Counted from the first letter of the stretch, positions 38,026-48,030 are shown. The stretch: DNA of 64,000 nucleotides from an uncultured Acidobacteriota bacterium (GCA_963786435.1 CAWAZK010000001.1:16021-80020); one strand, 5' to 3'. The notes: generated by a model not told the origin, from the letters alone. Translations and numbers: made by a program.

Positions 38026-38700
38026 ATGCGAATTTTAGTTGTCGAAGATGAACGCACAATGGCCGAGCTTCTCAAGCAAGGTCTGGAGGAGGAGCAGCAT
38101 TCTGTCTGCGTTGCCGCCGATGGTCTTTGCGCGCTCGATCACGCGGAGGGTGAGGAGTTTGATGTAATTGTGCTCGACGTGATGCTGCCGGGAATCGACG
38201 GCTTTGAGTTTGCCCGTCGCCTGCGTGCCGGGAAGAACCACACGCCGATCCTTATGCTCACCGCGCGCGACGCAGTCACCGACATTGCGCGCGGCTTGGA
38301 TACAGGCGTTGACGACTATATGACGAAGCCTTTTTCGTTTGTCGAACTGCTGGCTCGGCTACGTGCGGTTGCACGCCGCGGCCATGCTCCTCGACCATTG
38401 ACGCTGCAGGTTGGCGATCTGGTTCTCGATCCGCTTTCGCGCCAGGTGACTCGCGCCGGGTGTGAACTCCACCTTACGGCAACCGAGTTCAAACTGCTGG
38501 AGTTGCTGATGCGGCGAGCCGGGCGCGTGGTGGAGCGCGATACGATTGCAGACGTGCTGTGGGGGACACTGGACGATGTCGGCGAAAACACCCTCGACGC
38601 ATTCATCTCGCTGTTGCGCGGCAAGGTGGACCGCAGCGCGCAGTACAAGCTGATTCATACGGTCCGGGGCGTGGGATACATGCTGCGGGAACGCCAATGA
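38026..38700 (+). CDS. OmpR-family response regulator (CusR/CopR-like)
   Basis: MRILVVEDE...DVIVLDVMLPGIDGF...MLTARD...DDYMTKPF, plus a winged-helix output (LTATEFKLLELLMRRAGRVV...IHTVRGVGYML). Confidence 0.93.
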   Translation: MRILVVEDERTMAELLKQGLEEEQHSVCVAADGLCALDHAEGEEFDVIVLDVMLPGIDGFEFARRLRAGKNHTPILMLTARDAVTDIARGLDTGVDDYMTKPFSFVELLARLRAVARRGHAPRPLTLQVGDLVLDPLSRQVTRAGCELHLTATEFKLLELLMRRAGRVVERDTIADVLWGTLDDVGENTLDAFISLLRGKVDRSAQYKLIHTVRGVGYMLRERQ

Positions 38701-40127
38701 AAATGCGCTCCATTCCGATAAAGGCCCGCCTCGCCGCCTGGTATTTCGTCATCATGGCCATGGCCATGTCAACCCTTGGCGGTCTTGCTCTCGCGGGCAT
38801 GGAGCACAGCATTCGCACCACAGTTAATGAGCAGTTGGAAGGCCGGGTCGGGATGATCGGCAAGCTGTTGCAGAACTATGCTCCCGCGCGTACCCAGACG
38901 AGGCTTGCGGCGGAGCTGCACCAGAGCCTTGGGCCGGACGGCAAGGAGATACTCGTCCAGATCTTCGATGAGCATGGCGGGCGCGTCTTTCAGTCAAGCT
39001 GGCTGGAGGGCCGCACACTGATCTCTGCCGGCGACGCGGAACGCATACAGAGGAAGCGGCACCCATATTTCAATGCCGCGCCAGATGGCGAGCCCTTTCA
39101 TGGAATCAGCGCAAACGTTGTGGCTGGCCCCCATCGCTACAGCATTCAGGTAGCCCAGAACATGGACGATTTTGACGAAGCCACTTCGCGCTTTCGCCAC
39201 CTTCTGCTGGCAATCATTCCCGCAGTGTTGATTGTCGCCTCGCTGGTCGGTTACTGGATGAGCCGGCTGGCGCTCGCTCCGGTCGATCAGATCACCCGAG
39301 CTGCGCAGGAGATCAGCGGCAGAAATCTTTCCGCGCGATTGGCTGTGCCGGAGGGCGGAGACGAACTGGCACGGCTCGCCGAAACCCTGAACGCAATGCT
39401 CAAGCGGATCGATCTTGCGTTGAAGCAGATCGCGCAGTTTACCGCCGACGCTTCTCACGAGCTGCGCACACCGATCGCGCTGATGCGCACCCGCGCCGAG
39501 CTGGCGCTGCGCCGCCCGCGCTCAGCCGAGGAGCATCGCGGCACCATCGAGCAGCTTCACGCGGAGATCGTGAGGACTTCCGAATTGGTTGAGCGATTGA
39601 TGCTGCTGGCGCGGACGGATTCGGGAGCATCCCTGGTGCGCTACGTAGGCGTCGAGTTGGCGCAACTGGTGGGAGAGGTGCTGGCGCAAACCTCGGTGCT
39701 TGCAGAGCAGAAGCAACTGATAGTGGAGTCCAGTCTAGGCAGTACTCCGGTTTGGGTGCTGGGCGATGCACAGTATCTCCGGCAGTTGGTGGTCATCCTT
39801 ATCGACAATGCCGTGAAGTACACGCCTGCGCCGGGTAAGATCACGGTCTCGCTGGAGCAATCGAATGGCTCGGCAATTTTGTCAGTTGCAGACACCGGAA
39901 TCGGCATAGAACACCTGGAGCTGGAAAATATCTTTGAGCGATTCTATCGCGCTGACAGGGCACGCTCGCGCGAGACTGGCGGTGCGGGATTGGGGCTCGC
40001 CATCGGACGCTGGATTGCGGAATCGCACCGCGGCACGCTGACGGCGGAGAGTCAACCCGGAGTGGGATCGGTTTTCCGCGTCAGCCTGCCGCTGACAGTG
40101 GCTGCGCCGAATTCTGAAAAGGCTTAA
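38697..40127 (+). CDS. Sensor histidine kinase (CusS-like: two TM helices, HAMP, HisKA, HATPase_c)
   Basis: The ATG at 38697 overlaps the regulator stop (ATGA). H-box FTADASHELRTPIA, N-box LIDNAVKYT, and G-boxes DTGIGI and GGAGLGLAIGRWI. Confidence 0.9.
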   Translation: MKMRSIPIKARLAAWYFVIMAMAMSTLGGLALAGMEHSIRTTVNEQLEGRVGMIGKLLQNYAPARTQTRLAAELHQSLGPDGKEILVQIFDEHGGRVFQSSWLEGRTLISAGDAERIQRKRHPYFNAAPDGEPFHGISANVVAGPHRYSIQVAQNMDDFDEATSRFRHLLLAIIPAVLIVASLVGYWMSRLALAPVDQITRAAQEISGRNLSARLAVPEGGDELARLAETLNAMLKRIDLALKQIAQFTADASHELRTPIALMRTRAELALRRPRSAEEHRGTIEQLHAEIVRTSELVERLMLLARTDSGASLVRYVGVELAQLVGEVLAQTSVLAEQKQLIVESSLGSTPVWVLGDAQYLRQLVVILIDNAVKYTPAPGKITVSLEQSNGSAILSVADTGIGIEHLELENIFERFYRADRARSRETGGAGLGLAIGRWIAESHRGTLTAESQPGVGSVFRVSLPLTVAAPNSEKA

Positions 40128-40235
40128 TGCGTAGGTTTACTTCGGACTCCGTTCCTTTGGGCTTCTCCGTTAAGCGGTTTGTTTGCTTGCAGCACGCAGG
40201 CAGAGTGCGGCATCAGAGGAATGCGAGGTGTTAGG

Positions 40236-40760
40236 ATGAGAGTCTTTCGATTCCCTTTTTTGATCGCAATATTGACAGTCCTCAGTCTGTCCGCGTTCGG
40301 GCAGAAGGTGAGCACTGACTACGACCATCATGTTGATTTCGAGAAGTTCCACACTTATAGCTGGGGAAAAGTGGAGACTGACGATCCATTGTGGCAGCAG
40401 CGCATTATGGATGCAGTGGATAAGCAACTACAAGCAAAGGGGCTGCGGAGGGTTGATTCGGGCGGAGATCTTACCGTGACCGCCGTTGGTTCCGTCCACA
40501 GTCAGCAGGAATATCAAACTTTTTATAATGGACTTGGGCCGGGCTGGTACTGGGGTGGGTTTGGCACTACGGCGACTACCACGGTGCAAAACTATCATAT
40601 TGGAACAGTAGTGGTTGACCTGTACGATACACCTACGAAGCAGTTGGTTTGGCGGGGAAGAGCCAGGGACACGCTTGCCGGCAACCCTCAGAAGAACGAA
40701 AAGAAGCTTGAGAAAGCTTCGGAAAAGATGTTCAAGAATTTTCCACCAAAGGAAAAGTAG
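40236..40760 (+). CDS. DUF4136-like lipoprotein
   Basis: Signal peptide MRVFRFPFLIAILTVLSLSAFG, then STDYDHHVDFEKFHTYSW...GTVVVDLYDTPTKQLVWRG, which matches DUF4136 as I remember it. Confidence 0.65.
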   Translation: MRVFRFPFLIAILTVLSLSAFGQKVSTDYDHHVDFEKFHTYSWGKVETDDPLWQQRIMDAVDKQLQAKGLRRVDSGGDLTVTAVGSVHSQQEYQTFYNGLGPGWYWGGFGTTATTTVQNYHIGTVVVDLYDTPTKQLVWRGRARDTLAGNPQKNEKKLEKASEKMFKNFPPKEK

Positions 40761-40804
40761 GGTCGCTGGTTCCGCCGATTCGTGCTTCGCAACTTCTCAC
40801 ACCA

Positions 40805-41581
40805 TCACTGTACCCTGCGAAACATGCGGTTCCAGCGCGTCTCATCAAAGAAGTGGAATATAACCCTGCTCAAAAACGCCAGGCGTTGCCTAATGCTTGT
40901 TTTCAGATACTGGTTCGGAGGCGTCTCGAATGACCAGTAGATGAACATGGGACTTCCAACAATGTTTTGCCCTGGCACGAAGCCCCAATATCGGCTGTCA
41001 TAGCTGACATCACGGTTGTCGCCCATTGCGAAGTACTTTCCGGCAGGCACGACTAGGTTGCCATTCACGATGAATGATCCCATCGTCGATTGCCACTGCG
41101 GAGTAACTCCACTGGCCTCATTCGGCGGCACCGAAGGAAAGTTATCGCGATAGGCATCATAGCTTCCGTTGTGAATGACATAGGGTTCATTCAACATACG
41201 ATTATTGCGGTAAACGATTCCGTCCCGCAGGTGGATAAGGTCGCCAGGAACACCGATTACCCGCTTCACGAGGTACAGGCCAGGTTCTGATGGGGATAGA
41301 AACACAATGATGTTTCCATCTCTCGGGCGCTGATAAGGAATGATCGGTTCGATCCATTTTGTTGGCGGAGCCTCTAGTTCGCGATCTACGAACACATGAT
41401 CGCCGATTAACAGCGTGTTCTCCATTGAGCTAGAAGGGATTTCAAAAGCCTGCACGCAGAACGTGATGATAAACAATCCGAGCACGAGCACGCTGGCCAG
41501 CGAAGCGATGAACTCCGGAGTTGTCTCGCGCTTCTTTAGTGAGGTGCTTTTTGGTCGCGTCCAGCGCTGCTTGCCGGTCAT
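40805..41581 (-). CDS. lepB: Signal peptidase I
   Basis: IPSSSMENTLLIGDHVFV (catalytic Ser box), VKRVIGVPGD, and GDNRDVSYDSRYWGFVP. The start overlaps the degP-like stop (ATGA). Confidence 0.9.
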   Translation of the reverse strand: MTGKQRWTRPKSTSLKKRETTPEFIASLASVLVLGLFIITFCVQAFEIPSSSMENTLLIGDHVFVDRELEAPPTKWIEPIIPYQRPRDGNIIVFLSPSEPGLYLVKRVIGVPGDLIHLRDGIVYRNNRMLNEPYVIHNGSYDAYRDNFPSVPPNEASGVTPQWQSTMGSFIVNGNLVVPAGKYFAMGDNRDVSYDSRYWGFVPGQNIVGSPMFIYWSFETPPNQYLKTSIRQRLAFLSRVIFHFFDETRWNRMFRRVQ

Positions 41582-43107
41582 TGGGGTTGAATCACGATGA
41601 ATGTTGTAGACCCTGCACGGTTGATCAGCAGCATGATTGGCTGCTGGCCGGCCTGCTGCACTGCATGCTGGTATTCGCTGGCGTTTGTCACTGCTTGGCG
41701 GTTCACCTCCTCGATCACGTCACCACGTTTTAGGCCCGCGTCAGCCGCAGCGGAACCCGGTTCAACCGAATCGACGATTACTCCTTTCGTACCCGCAGGC
41801 AGCTTAGCTTCTCTAGCAATCTCAGGCGTGAGTGTTTCAACCTGCACCCCAGCCATAGGGCCGTTTGCCTGCTGCGCTGAGGGTGATGATTTTGCGGCGC
41901 TTTCGGGCAGTTCTCCCAGTTTGACTGTGATGTCCTTTGACTGTCCGTTGCGGATAACTTTCAAGTGGGCGTCCGTTCCGGGAGCTATTTCTGATATCTG
42001 CAAGCGTAGTTCGTTTGGTCCGGTGATGGGCTTTCCGTTCAGTTCGACAATTACATCGCTCCGCTTGACACCCGCTCCTGCGGCAGGTCCTTTGGGATCA
42101 ACGTCGCCTACCAAGGCACCGTGCGTCTGTGGAATTCCAAACGCCTTCGCCAGCGCCGGAGTAAGATCTTGCACAGAGATTCCCAGCCATCCGCGAACAA
42201 CCTTTCCGTGCTGCAGAATCTGCTCCATGACATAGCGGGCGAGATTGACAGGTATGGCAAAACCAATGCCTTGATTGCCGCCGCCCGAACTGATGATCGC
42301 GGTATTGATGCCCACAAGATTCCCATGAGCGTTGATCAGCGCACCTCCGGAGTTGCCGGGATTGATGGGAGCATCGGTCTGGATAAAGTCTTCGTAGTTT
42401 TCGATATCCAGACCACCACGGCCAGTCGCACTGACGATCCCGTTCGTGACCGTCTCTCCGACGCCGAAAGGATCTCCGATTGCGAGCACGTAATCGCCAA
42501 CATTCAGAGTCGAAGAATCACCCAGCGTGACGGTCGGCAGTCCGGTCGCATCGATCTTCACTACTGCAATATCAGTTTTGGAATCTCGTCCGACTAAGTG
42601 CCCTTTGAATTCACGTTTATCCGGAAGAAATACTTTGATATCCGTAGCGCCATCGATCACATGATTGTTGGTGAGAATGTAGCCGTCAGGGCTGATGATG
42701 ACTCCCGAACCCAGTGCTTCTTCACGCTGCTCCTTTGGAACCTGCCCGAACTGATTGCCAAAGAACTGGCGAAAAAACGGATCGTTGAAGAAAGGAGAGA
42801 TGGGCGATTGTGTCTTTACGATTCTTGACGTTGAGATGTTGACGACCGCCGGAAGCACTGGCTTCACGACCGCAGCGAATCCCATGGGAGTGGGACCATT
42901 CGCAACCGCTGCTGCTGACGCAGCATTGTGCTCCGGCGGGGCAAGGTAAACCGGTACTCGCAGCGGGCGGGTTGCAAATACGGTTTGGCCGGTAATCAGG
43001 AAAATAGCCGTTACCAAGGCGGCGCCAAAGATCACCGCAAAAATAAGCGCAATAATTGCCGTTCGGCGTTGGAGTTGCAGTATCAACCCGGTCATAGCAT
43101 TCCCCAT
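41578..43107 (-). CDS. DegP/HtrA-family periplasmic serine protease with two PDZ domains
   Basis: Catalytic triad contexts TNNHVI, DIAVVKI and GNSGGALIN, followed by two PDZ-like segments. Confidence 0.93.
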   Translation of the reverse strand: MGNAMTGLILQLQRRTAIIALIFAVIFGAALVTAIFLITGQTVFATRPLRVPVYLAPPEHNAASAAAVANGPTPMGFAAVVKPVLPAVVNISTSRIVKTQSPISPFFNDPFFRQFFGNQFGQVPKEQREEALGSGVIISPDGYILTNNHVIDGATDIKVFLPDKREFKGHLVGRDSKTDIAVVKIDATGLPTVTLGDSSTLNVGDYVLAIGDPFGVGETVTNGIVSATGRGGLDIENYEDFIQTDAPINPGNSGGALINAHGNLVGINTAIISSGGGNQGIGFAIPVNLARYVMEQILQHGKVVRGWLGISVQDLTPALAKAFGIPQTHGALVGDVDPKGPAAGAGVKRSDVIVELNGKPITGPNELRLQISEIAPGTDAHLKVIRNGQSKDITVKLGELPESAAKSSPSAQQANGPMAGVQVETLTPEIAREAKLPAGTKGVIVDSVEPGSAAADAGLKRGDVIEEVNRQAVTNASEYQHAVQQAGQQPIMLLINRAGSTTFIVIQPQ

Positions 43108-43381
43108 TTTCGTGCGATCACTGGTTCTTTAGAGGGCTGGGTAGAAGAAGACGTGGATATGCGGTGGGGAGCCGTGAACCGTGATGATTTTGGAATCAAT
43201 TTCAACCGCATTCGACCTGCCTTGCCATTCATACGATGCGACGCCGACACGCAATGTCGTAGCAGTTACGAGTGCGCAGGATTGTGAGAAGCCGGTGATT
43301 TGCAAGCTTCTCAAGCGAAGCGGTGCTCCACGTTGAAGGAAGTGCATCTCAGTAGAGAATCGATTTGTGAAGGAGCGGAAG

Positions 43382-44440
43382 ATGGCGCTAAGCAGATTGT
43401 CTCAAGCAGTAATTGCTGGAACGGCGGCCGTTGGGGCCGCCGGTCTGTTGGCCGCGGTGGCAGGACGGGCGATGTGGGATGCGTATGCAACTAGATCGCT
43501 TTCCGGCAGGCCGCTGTCCGGCGACGTTGTGCTTATTACGGGCTCAAGTCGGGGCTTGGGTCTTGCCCTCGCGGAAGAGTGTGCAAAGCAGGGCTGTCGT
43601 TTGGCAATCTGCGGACGTGATCCGCATTCGTTGATGCGCGCCGAGGCCAAACTGCGCCGCAGAGGTGCGGAGGTGCTGGCGCTCAGTTGCGACATCTCAA
43701 AGAGGCAAGACGTGGAACAGATGGTACGCATGGTTATAACGCATTACGGAAAAATAGATATGTTAATTAATAACGCGGGCACGATCATTGTTGGCCCACT
43801 GCGTGCGCAAGTACCAGAGGATTTCAAAGAAGCCATGGATGTGATTTTCTGGGGTACGGTTCACACCACGCTTCTCGTACTTCCTTACATGCTGGAGCGG
43901 CATCAGGGACGCATTGCCAACATAGCCTCCATTGGCGGAAAGATGGCAGTCCCACATCTGCTGCCCTATTCGGCAGCCAAGTTCGCGGTCACTGGATTCT
44001 CCGAAGGCATCACTGCTGAACTTGCGGCAGAGGGTATTCAAGTCACCACCGTAGTCCCAGGACTGATGCGCACGGGGTCTCATCTCAATGCGTTCTTCAA
44101 AGGTGATAATCGTGCTGAATACGCGTGGTTTGGCCTGTCTGCGAGCAATCCATTTCTGGCGATGGATGCGGAGCGTGCCGCGAAAAAAATCATTCGCGCA
44201 ATCCGTCGCGGAGATGCGGAGTTGATTCTGGGCCTGCCTGCGAAGGTTGCTGCCCTGGCTCATGGTTTGGCTCCTGCCACCACGGTGCGAGCATTAGGCG
44301 TGGTCAATCGACTTATGCCCGGTGGGAGTTCCGAAGATCGTCATCGAGGGCACGAAAGCGAGAGCGTGCCGACAAAGAGTCCGCTGACTGCATTCGGCAA
44401 ACGCGCTGCAAGGCGTTGGAATCAGGAGAAACTTGCCTGA
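43382..44440 (+). CDS. Short-chain dehydrogenase/reductase with an N-terminal membrane anchor
   Basis: TGSSRGLG, NNAG and YSAAK motifs. ATG at 43382 lies 6 nt after AAGGAG. Confidence 0.88.
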   Translation: MALSRLSQAVIAGTAAVGAAGLLAAVAGRAMWDAYATRSLSGRPLSGDVVLITGSSRGLGLALAEECAKQGCRLAICGRDPHSLMRAEAKLRRRGAEVLALSCDISKRQDVEQMVRMVITHYGKIDMLINNAGTIIVGPLRAQVPEDFKEAMDVIFWGTVHTTLLVLPYMLERHQGRIANIASIGGKMAVPHLLPYSAAKFAVTGFSEGITAELAAEGIQVTTVVPGLMRTGSHLNAFFKGDNRAEYAWFGLSASNPFLAMDAERAAKKIIRAIRRGDAELILGLPAKVAALAHGLAPATTVRALGVVNRLMPGGSSEDRHRGHESESVPTKSPLTAFGKRAARRWNQEKLA

Positions 44441-44482
44441 CACAGTTCCGTGTATTGCGATATTCAGCAGTAGAATGCGCGT

Positions 44483-44938
44483 ATGACGATAGGCGTGATC
44501 AGCGACACGCATGGATTGCTTCGGACGGAAGCCAGAGAAGCACTGCGCGGCAGTGAACTGATTCTGCACGCGGGAGATGTGGGTTCGGCAGAGGTGCTGC
44601 GCGAACTAAAGCGAATTGCGCCAGTGGTGGCCGTGCGCGGAAACGTGGACCTGGAGAACTGGGCGAAGCAGTTGCATGGTGTGGAAGTGGCCGAGTCGTC
44701 GGGAAGAAGTTTCTACATCCTGCACAGGATCGCCGATCTGGATTTGAAGCCGAAGGCCGCTGGGTTTGCCGCCGTAATCTTTGGACATTCCCACCAACCA
44801 ACGATTGAATGGCGCGAGGGAGTGCTGTTCTTCAATCCCGGTAGCTCGGGGCCTCGCCGATTTTCTCTGCCGGTAACCGTGGGCAAAATCGAAATCGTGG
44901 ATGGGGAACTGCGTCCGGAGATTATTCCACTGCTGTAG
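44483..44938 (+). CDS. YfcE/MJ0936-family metallophosphoesterase
   Basis: IGVISDTHG, HAGDVG, VRGNVD and GHSHQP motifs. Confidence 0.85.
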   Translation: MTIGVISDTHGLLRTEAREALRGSELILHAGDVGSAEVLRELKRIAPVVAVRGNVDLENWAKQLHGVEVAESSGRSFYILHRIADLDLKPKAAGFAAVIFGHSHQPTIEWREGVLFFNPGSSGPRRFSLPVTVGKIEIVDGELRPEIIPLL

Positions 44939-44944
44939 ATCCGG

Positions 44945-46029
44945 TTACCAGATTCCTTTATCGCTGCCGGTAAGTTTGTAGCTGATGGCGGCTGCCGAAG
45001 CAAGGTAGGGCAGCAGCGAGAGACGCAGGGTTCCGGCGAGGTCTCCATGCATTGCGGCGTTTGTGACCTGCGCAGTGTATAGCGCGGCGCCCTGCGGCAT
45101 AATGGGCACGCGAAGGAAGCCCCTCTTGACGTATACCTTTTCGCCGCCGAAAATGGCGTCGGCAAGAACCTCGGAGGGAAGCACAATAGGCGTGCCGCGA
45201 TATTTGAGCACGTAATCGCTGACGATGCGAAGAAGTGAACACACGCCCTTCCAGATGCCTCCCATCGATGCGGCTCGATGCAACTCAACGAAGTCCACAG
45301 CGCCGGATTCGACAAGCGCTGCGATGTTCACGATATCGCAGATGCGGAAATAAAAATGCCGGTACATGCGTTGCAGCGTAGCGACAATAATGCGCTCCTC
45401 TGGCGCCGGCACGCGGAATTCAAGGCCGAGCACTGATTTATTTACGCGGCGGGTGACAAAGCGTTGCGCCATCGCAATGTGTTCACCGGTCTGGCCCAGA
45501 CGTTGGGCATGTACCTCAATGGATTCCGGAAGCCCCGGAATACCAAAGTTCCACTTATTGGCGAGGCGGTCACCCCAGCTCTGCGGTTCAATGTGCGCGC
45601 CTAACTGGGTGGTCATTACATGGCGGACCTGCTTGGCGCTGGCAGTGGTATAGAGGTCAAGATCATTGCCGAGGTCGGGCCAGTGGTCGAGCGATTTCAT
45701 GACCGTCGTGGGGCAACCGGCGGATTCAAGCGCTTCTGTGACGGCGAAAGATGCTGTACTGCGTTTGTAATGCGAACCTGCTCCTGCTGAATGTGAGCCT
45801 GGCAGCGGGAGACGAGCGCGTCATCGGCAAATTCCTCAGCTACACGTTGCAGCGGCACCAGGGCCCGCAGCACAACATGATTCGAAGCAGCCAGTGAGAC
45901 TAGCTCTGCGAACTCCTCCACGGCGAGTTCGCAGAGTTGGGGATAGACTTGCACTGCGCGGGCTGGCGCCAGCGTCAGAATCGAGAGGGCTCGAAAGAAG
46001 CCTTTTTCGTGAGAGCTGGAATTCGGCAT
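44945..46029 (-). pseudogene. Uncharacterised nucleotidyltransferase (NTP_transf_5-like), split by a -1 frame disruption in an A3/T3 run near 45747-45749
   Basis: The N-terminal ORF (to ...QEQVRITNAVQHL) and the C-terminal ORF join as ...FAVTEALESAGCPTTVMKSLDHWPDLGNDLDLYT... if one T is added to the cat-ctt-tcg run. The family assignment is from memory. Confidence 0.55.
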
Positions 46030-46149
46030 AGGTTTCGTCTCTCACTGGGATGAGTAGGACGTATGGGGAGTTGGCGGGAACTAAAAATTAGGAAGGTGAG
46101 AGCGAGGGCTGGTCCCGGCGAGCTTTGCGCTGAAGTTCCTCTCGGCGAC

Positions 46150-47043
46150 TTACTGTTCTTTCTTGTGAGTTGCTGGGCGCGAGTTGGACGCGCCCAATTT
46201 GTGCAGACGTTCGCGCGCCTGCGTCGCTTCAATGGAGCGTGGATAACGCTGAATGAGGGCGTTCAACTCGCGTATTCCGGCATCCTTTCTTCCGAGTTCG
46301 AGGAGCGAATAGCCCTTTTTGAGCTGAGCTGCCGCAGCCTTGTTGCCGCCGGGGAATTGCTCGATCACTTTGTCGTAATCGGCTACGGCGGCTTCATAGT
46401 TTCCGGAGCGGTACTCCATGTCGGCGATATAAAACTGCGCGTTGCCGGCCAGGTCCGTATTGGGATAGTACTTCAGGTAATCCTGAAACTGGGAGAGCGC
46501 CAGATCGTAGCGGGCAGAGTTGTAGTCGCGCAGCGCATTGTTGTACAGCACGTCTGCGGGCGGTGCCTGAATAGCTGCGGCGGGAGGCGCGGTAGGTGCA
46601 CCTGTAGGAGCGTTAGGAGTTCCGGCCGGTGCGCTTGCGGGCTGCGTCATGTTCTGCTGCTGGTTCTGAATGTCGTCAAGCTGCTTGCTCGTTTTGACAA
46701 GCCGCGCTTTGAGCTCATCGATCGAGTCGTTGAGGGTCTGGATCTGTCCAGAGACTTGATCGATCTTGCCCTGTGAGTCGGTGTTCTGCTGCTGCAGTCC
46801 CTTCTGTAAGGTCTGTACCGACTCGGAAAGCTTGTTGACGTTGTCGGTGCTTTGCTCAATCAGGTTCTGCATGACTCCCATGCGCGCATCGAAGGACTGC
46901 TGCATTTGGGTCATGCGATCGGTGAGATCCTGAACCTGAGTTTGGAGCTGAATGATTTCCTTGGAGACGGCGAAGGCTGGGGTTGCGGGTGCTGCCACCA
47001 GCAGGGCCAAAATCGCCAGAACGCTTATTTTTTTCAAATTCAT
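46150..47043 (-). CDS. cpoB: Tol-Pal system protein CpoB/YbgF (coiled coil plus TPR)
   Basis: Signal peptide, coiled coil (LQTQVQDLTDRMTQMQQ...), a Pro/Ala linker and a TPR region (YNNALRDYNSARYDLALSQFQDYLKYYPNTDLAGNAQFYIADMEY). It lies directly downstream of pal. Confidence 0.8.
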   Translation of the reverse strand: MNLKKISVLAILALLVAAPATPAFAVSKEIIQLQTQVQDLTDRMTQMQQSFDARMGVMQNLIEQSTDNVNKLSESVQTLQKGLQQQNTDSQGKIDQVSGQIQTLNDSIDELKARLVKTSKQLDDIQNQQQNMTQPASAPAGTPNAPTGAPTAPPAAAIQAPPADVLYNNALRDYNSARYDLALSQFQDYLKYYPNTDLAGNAQFYIADMEYRSGNYEAAVADYDKVIEQFPGGNKAAAAQLKKGYSLLELGRKDAGIRELNALIQRYPRSIEATQARERLHKLGASNSRPATHKKEQ

Positions 47044-47150
47044 TTTTATCTCCGGGCGCCGTGGCGCCGGAATCTGTTTGCAATCGGCGAAAAGAGAGCA
47101 GCCGAATAAAATCAGTTTAATACAATTGAATTCGGCAGTGTGTAAAGAGC

Positions 47151-47172
47151 CGGGGCGCCCGAAGACGCCCCG
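47151..47172 (-). terminator. GC-rich hairpin between pal and cpoB (weak terminator or attenuator candidate)
   Basis: CGGGGCG-cccgaaga-CGCCCCG forms a 7-bp stem. On the minus strand it is followed by GCTCTTTAC and lies 20 nt after the pal stop. Confidence 0.4.
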
Positions 47173-47191
47173 CTGCTATTTAATACGATGT

Positions 47192-47923
47192 TTACTGTTG
47201 TCCGTAAACGAAGTGGTCGCGACGATTCTGCTGCCAGCACTCCTCGTTGCTCTGGGTGCAGAACGGCTTTTCCTTGCCATAGCTGATCACCTTAATCTGT
47301 GAGGCATTCACGCCGGCCTTGACGAGAGCATCGCGTGCTGCGTTGGCGCGGTTATCGCCAAGTGCAAGGTTGTAGTCGGTAGAGCCGCGCTCGTCGCAGT
47401 GTCCCTCGATGGTGAACTTGATCGAAGGATGGGCCTTGAGGAACGCAGCATCGGTATTGATTGTGGACTGATCGGCGGAGGTCAGGTCATAGCTATCGTA
47501 CGCGAAGTAGATGTCTTTGACTGACTGAGCAAACAGCTCTGCTTCACCCTGTGGTGCCGCGGCTTGCGGCGTTGGCGGTGGCGGAGCCTGAATTACGGTG
47601 AGGCGGGCGGTTGCATCCGTCGAGCCGCCAGGTCCGGTTGCGGTGAGGCGGTACGTAGTGGAAGTTGAGGGCGAAACCTGCTGCGAGCCGCTTGGTTGCA
47701 CGCCCCCAATGGGATCAATGGTAACGCTGGTGGCATCCTGTGTGGACCAGGTGAGAGTTGCGGTGCCGCCACTGTTAATGCTCTCCGGGCTGACGCTCAG
47801 GGTTGCCTGGGGTTGCGGCGACGGCGGAGGAGCGGCGGGCGGAGCCGGCGGAACCTGCTTCTTTTTACAGCCGCCTACGACCACAATGGCAGCCAAGGCC
47901 AAAACAATCAAAGTCCACTTCAT
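47192..47923 (-). CDS. pal: Peptidoglycan-associated lipoprotein with an extra Ig-like domain
   Basis: Lipobox VVVGGC and an OmpA-like C-terminus (IYFAYDSYDLT...IEGHCDERGSTDYNLALGDNRANAARDALV). ATG verified at 47921-47923. Confidence 0.88.
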   Translation of the reverse strand: MKWTLIVLALAAIVVVGGCKKKQVPPAPPAAPPPSPQPQATLSVSPESINSGGTATLTWSTQDATSVTIDPIGGVQPSGSQQVSPSTSTTYRLTATGPGGSTDATARLTVIQAPPPPTPQAAAPQGEAELFAQSVKDIYFAYDSYDLTSADQSTINTDAAFLKAHPSIKFTIEGHCDERGSTDYNLALGDNRANAARDALVKAGVNASQIKVISYGKEKPFCTQSNEECWQQNRRDHFVYGQQ

Positions 47924-48030
47924 CTTGCGGTGGTTCAAATCATCCTCCAAAGCGAGAGAGCTCGCCGAAGCGTTTAGTCGGTGACACCTTTGAAGCCGGG
48001 TATTACTTGTGAAGCAAGCTACTACCTGTT

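Noticed and set aside
38559-38696. Upstream extension of the histidine kinase ORF (start at 38559)
   Set aside because: The extension overlaps the response-regulator coding region out of frame and translates to Arg-rich junk. The ATG at 38697 gives the classic ATGA stop/start overlap and a normal N-terminal TM helix.
46063-46776. 237-aa plus-strand ORF opposite cpoB; similar long ORFs at 50645..51448 opposite tolQ and 37247..37987 opposite the TolC-like gene
   Set aside because: The opposite-strand genes have clear family signatures and operon context. These translations have none.
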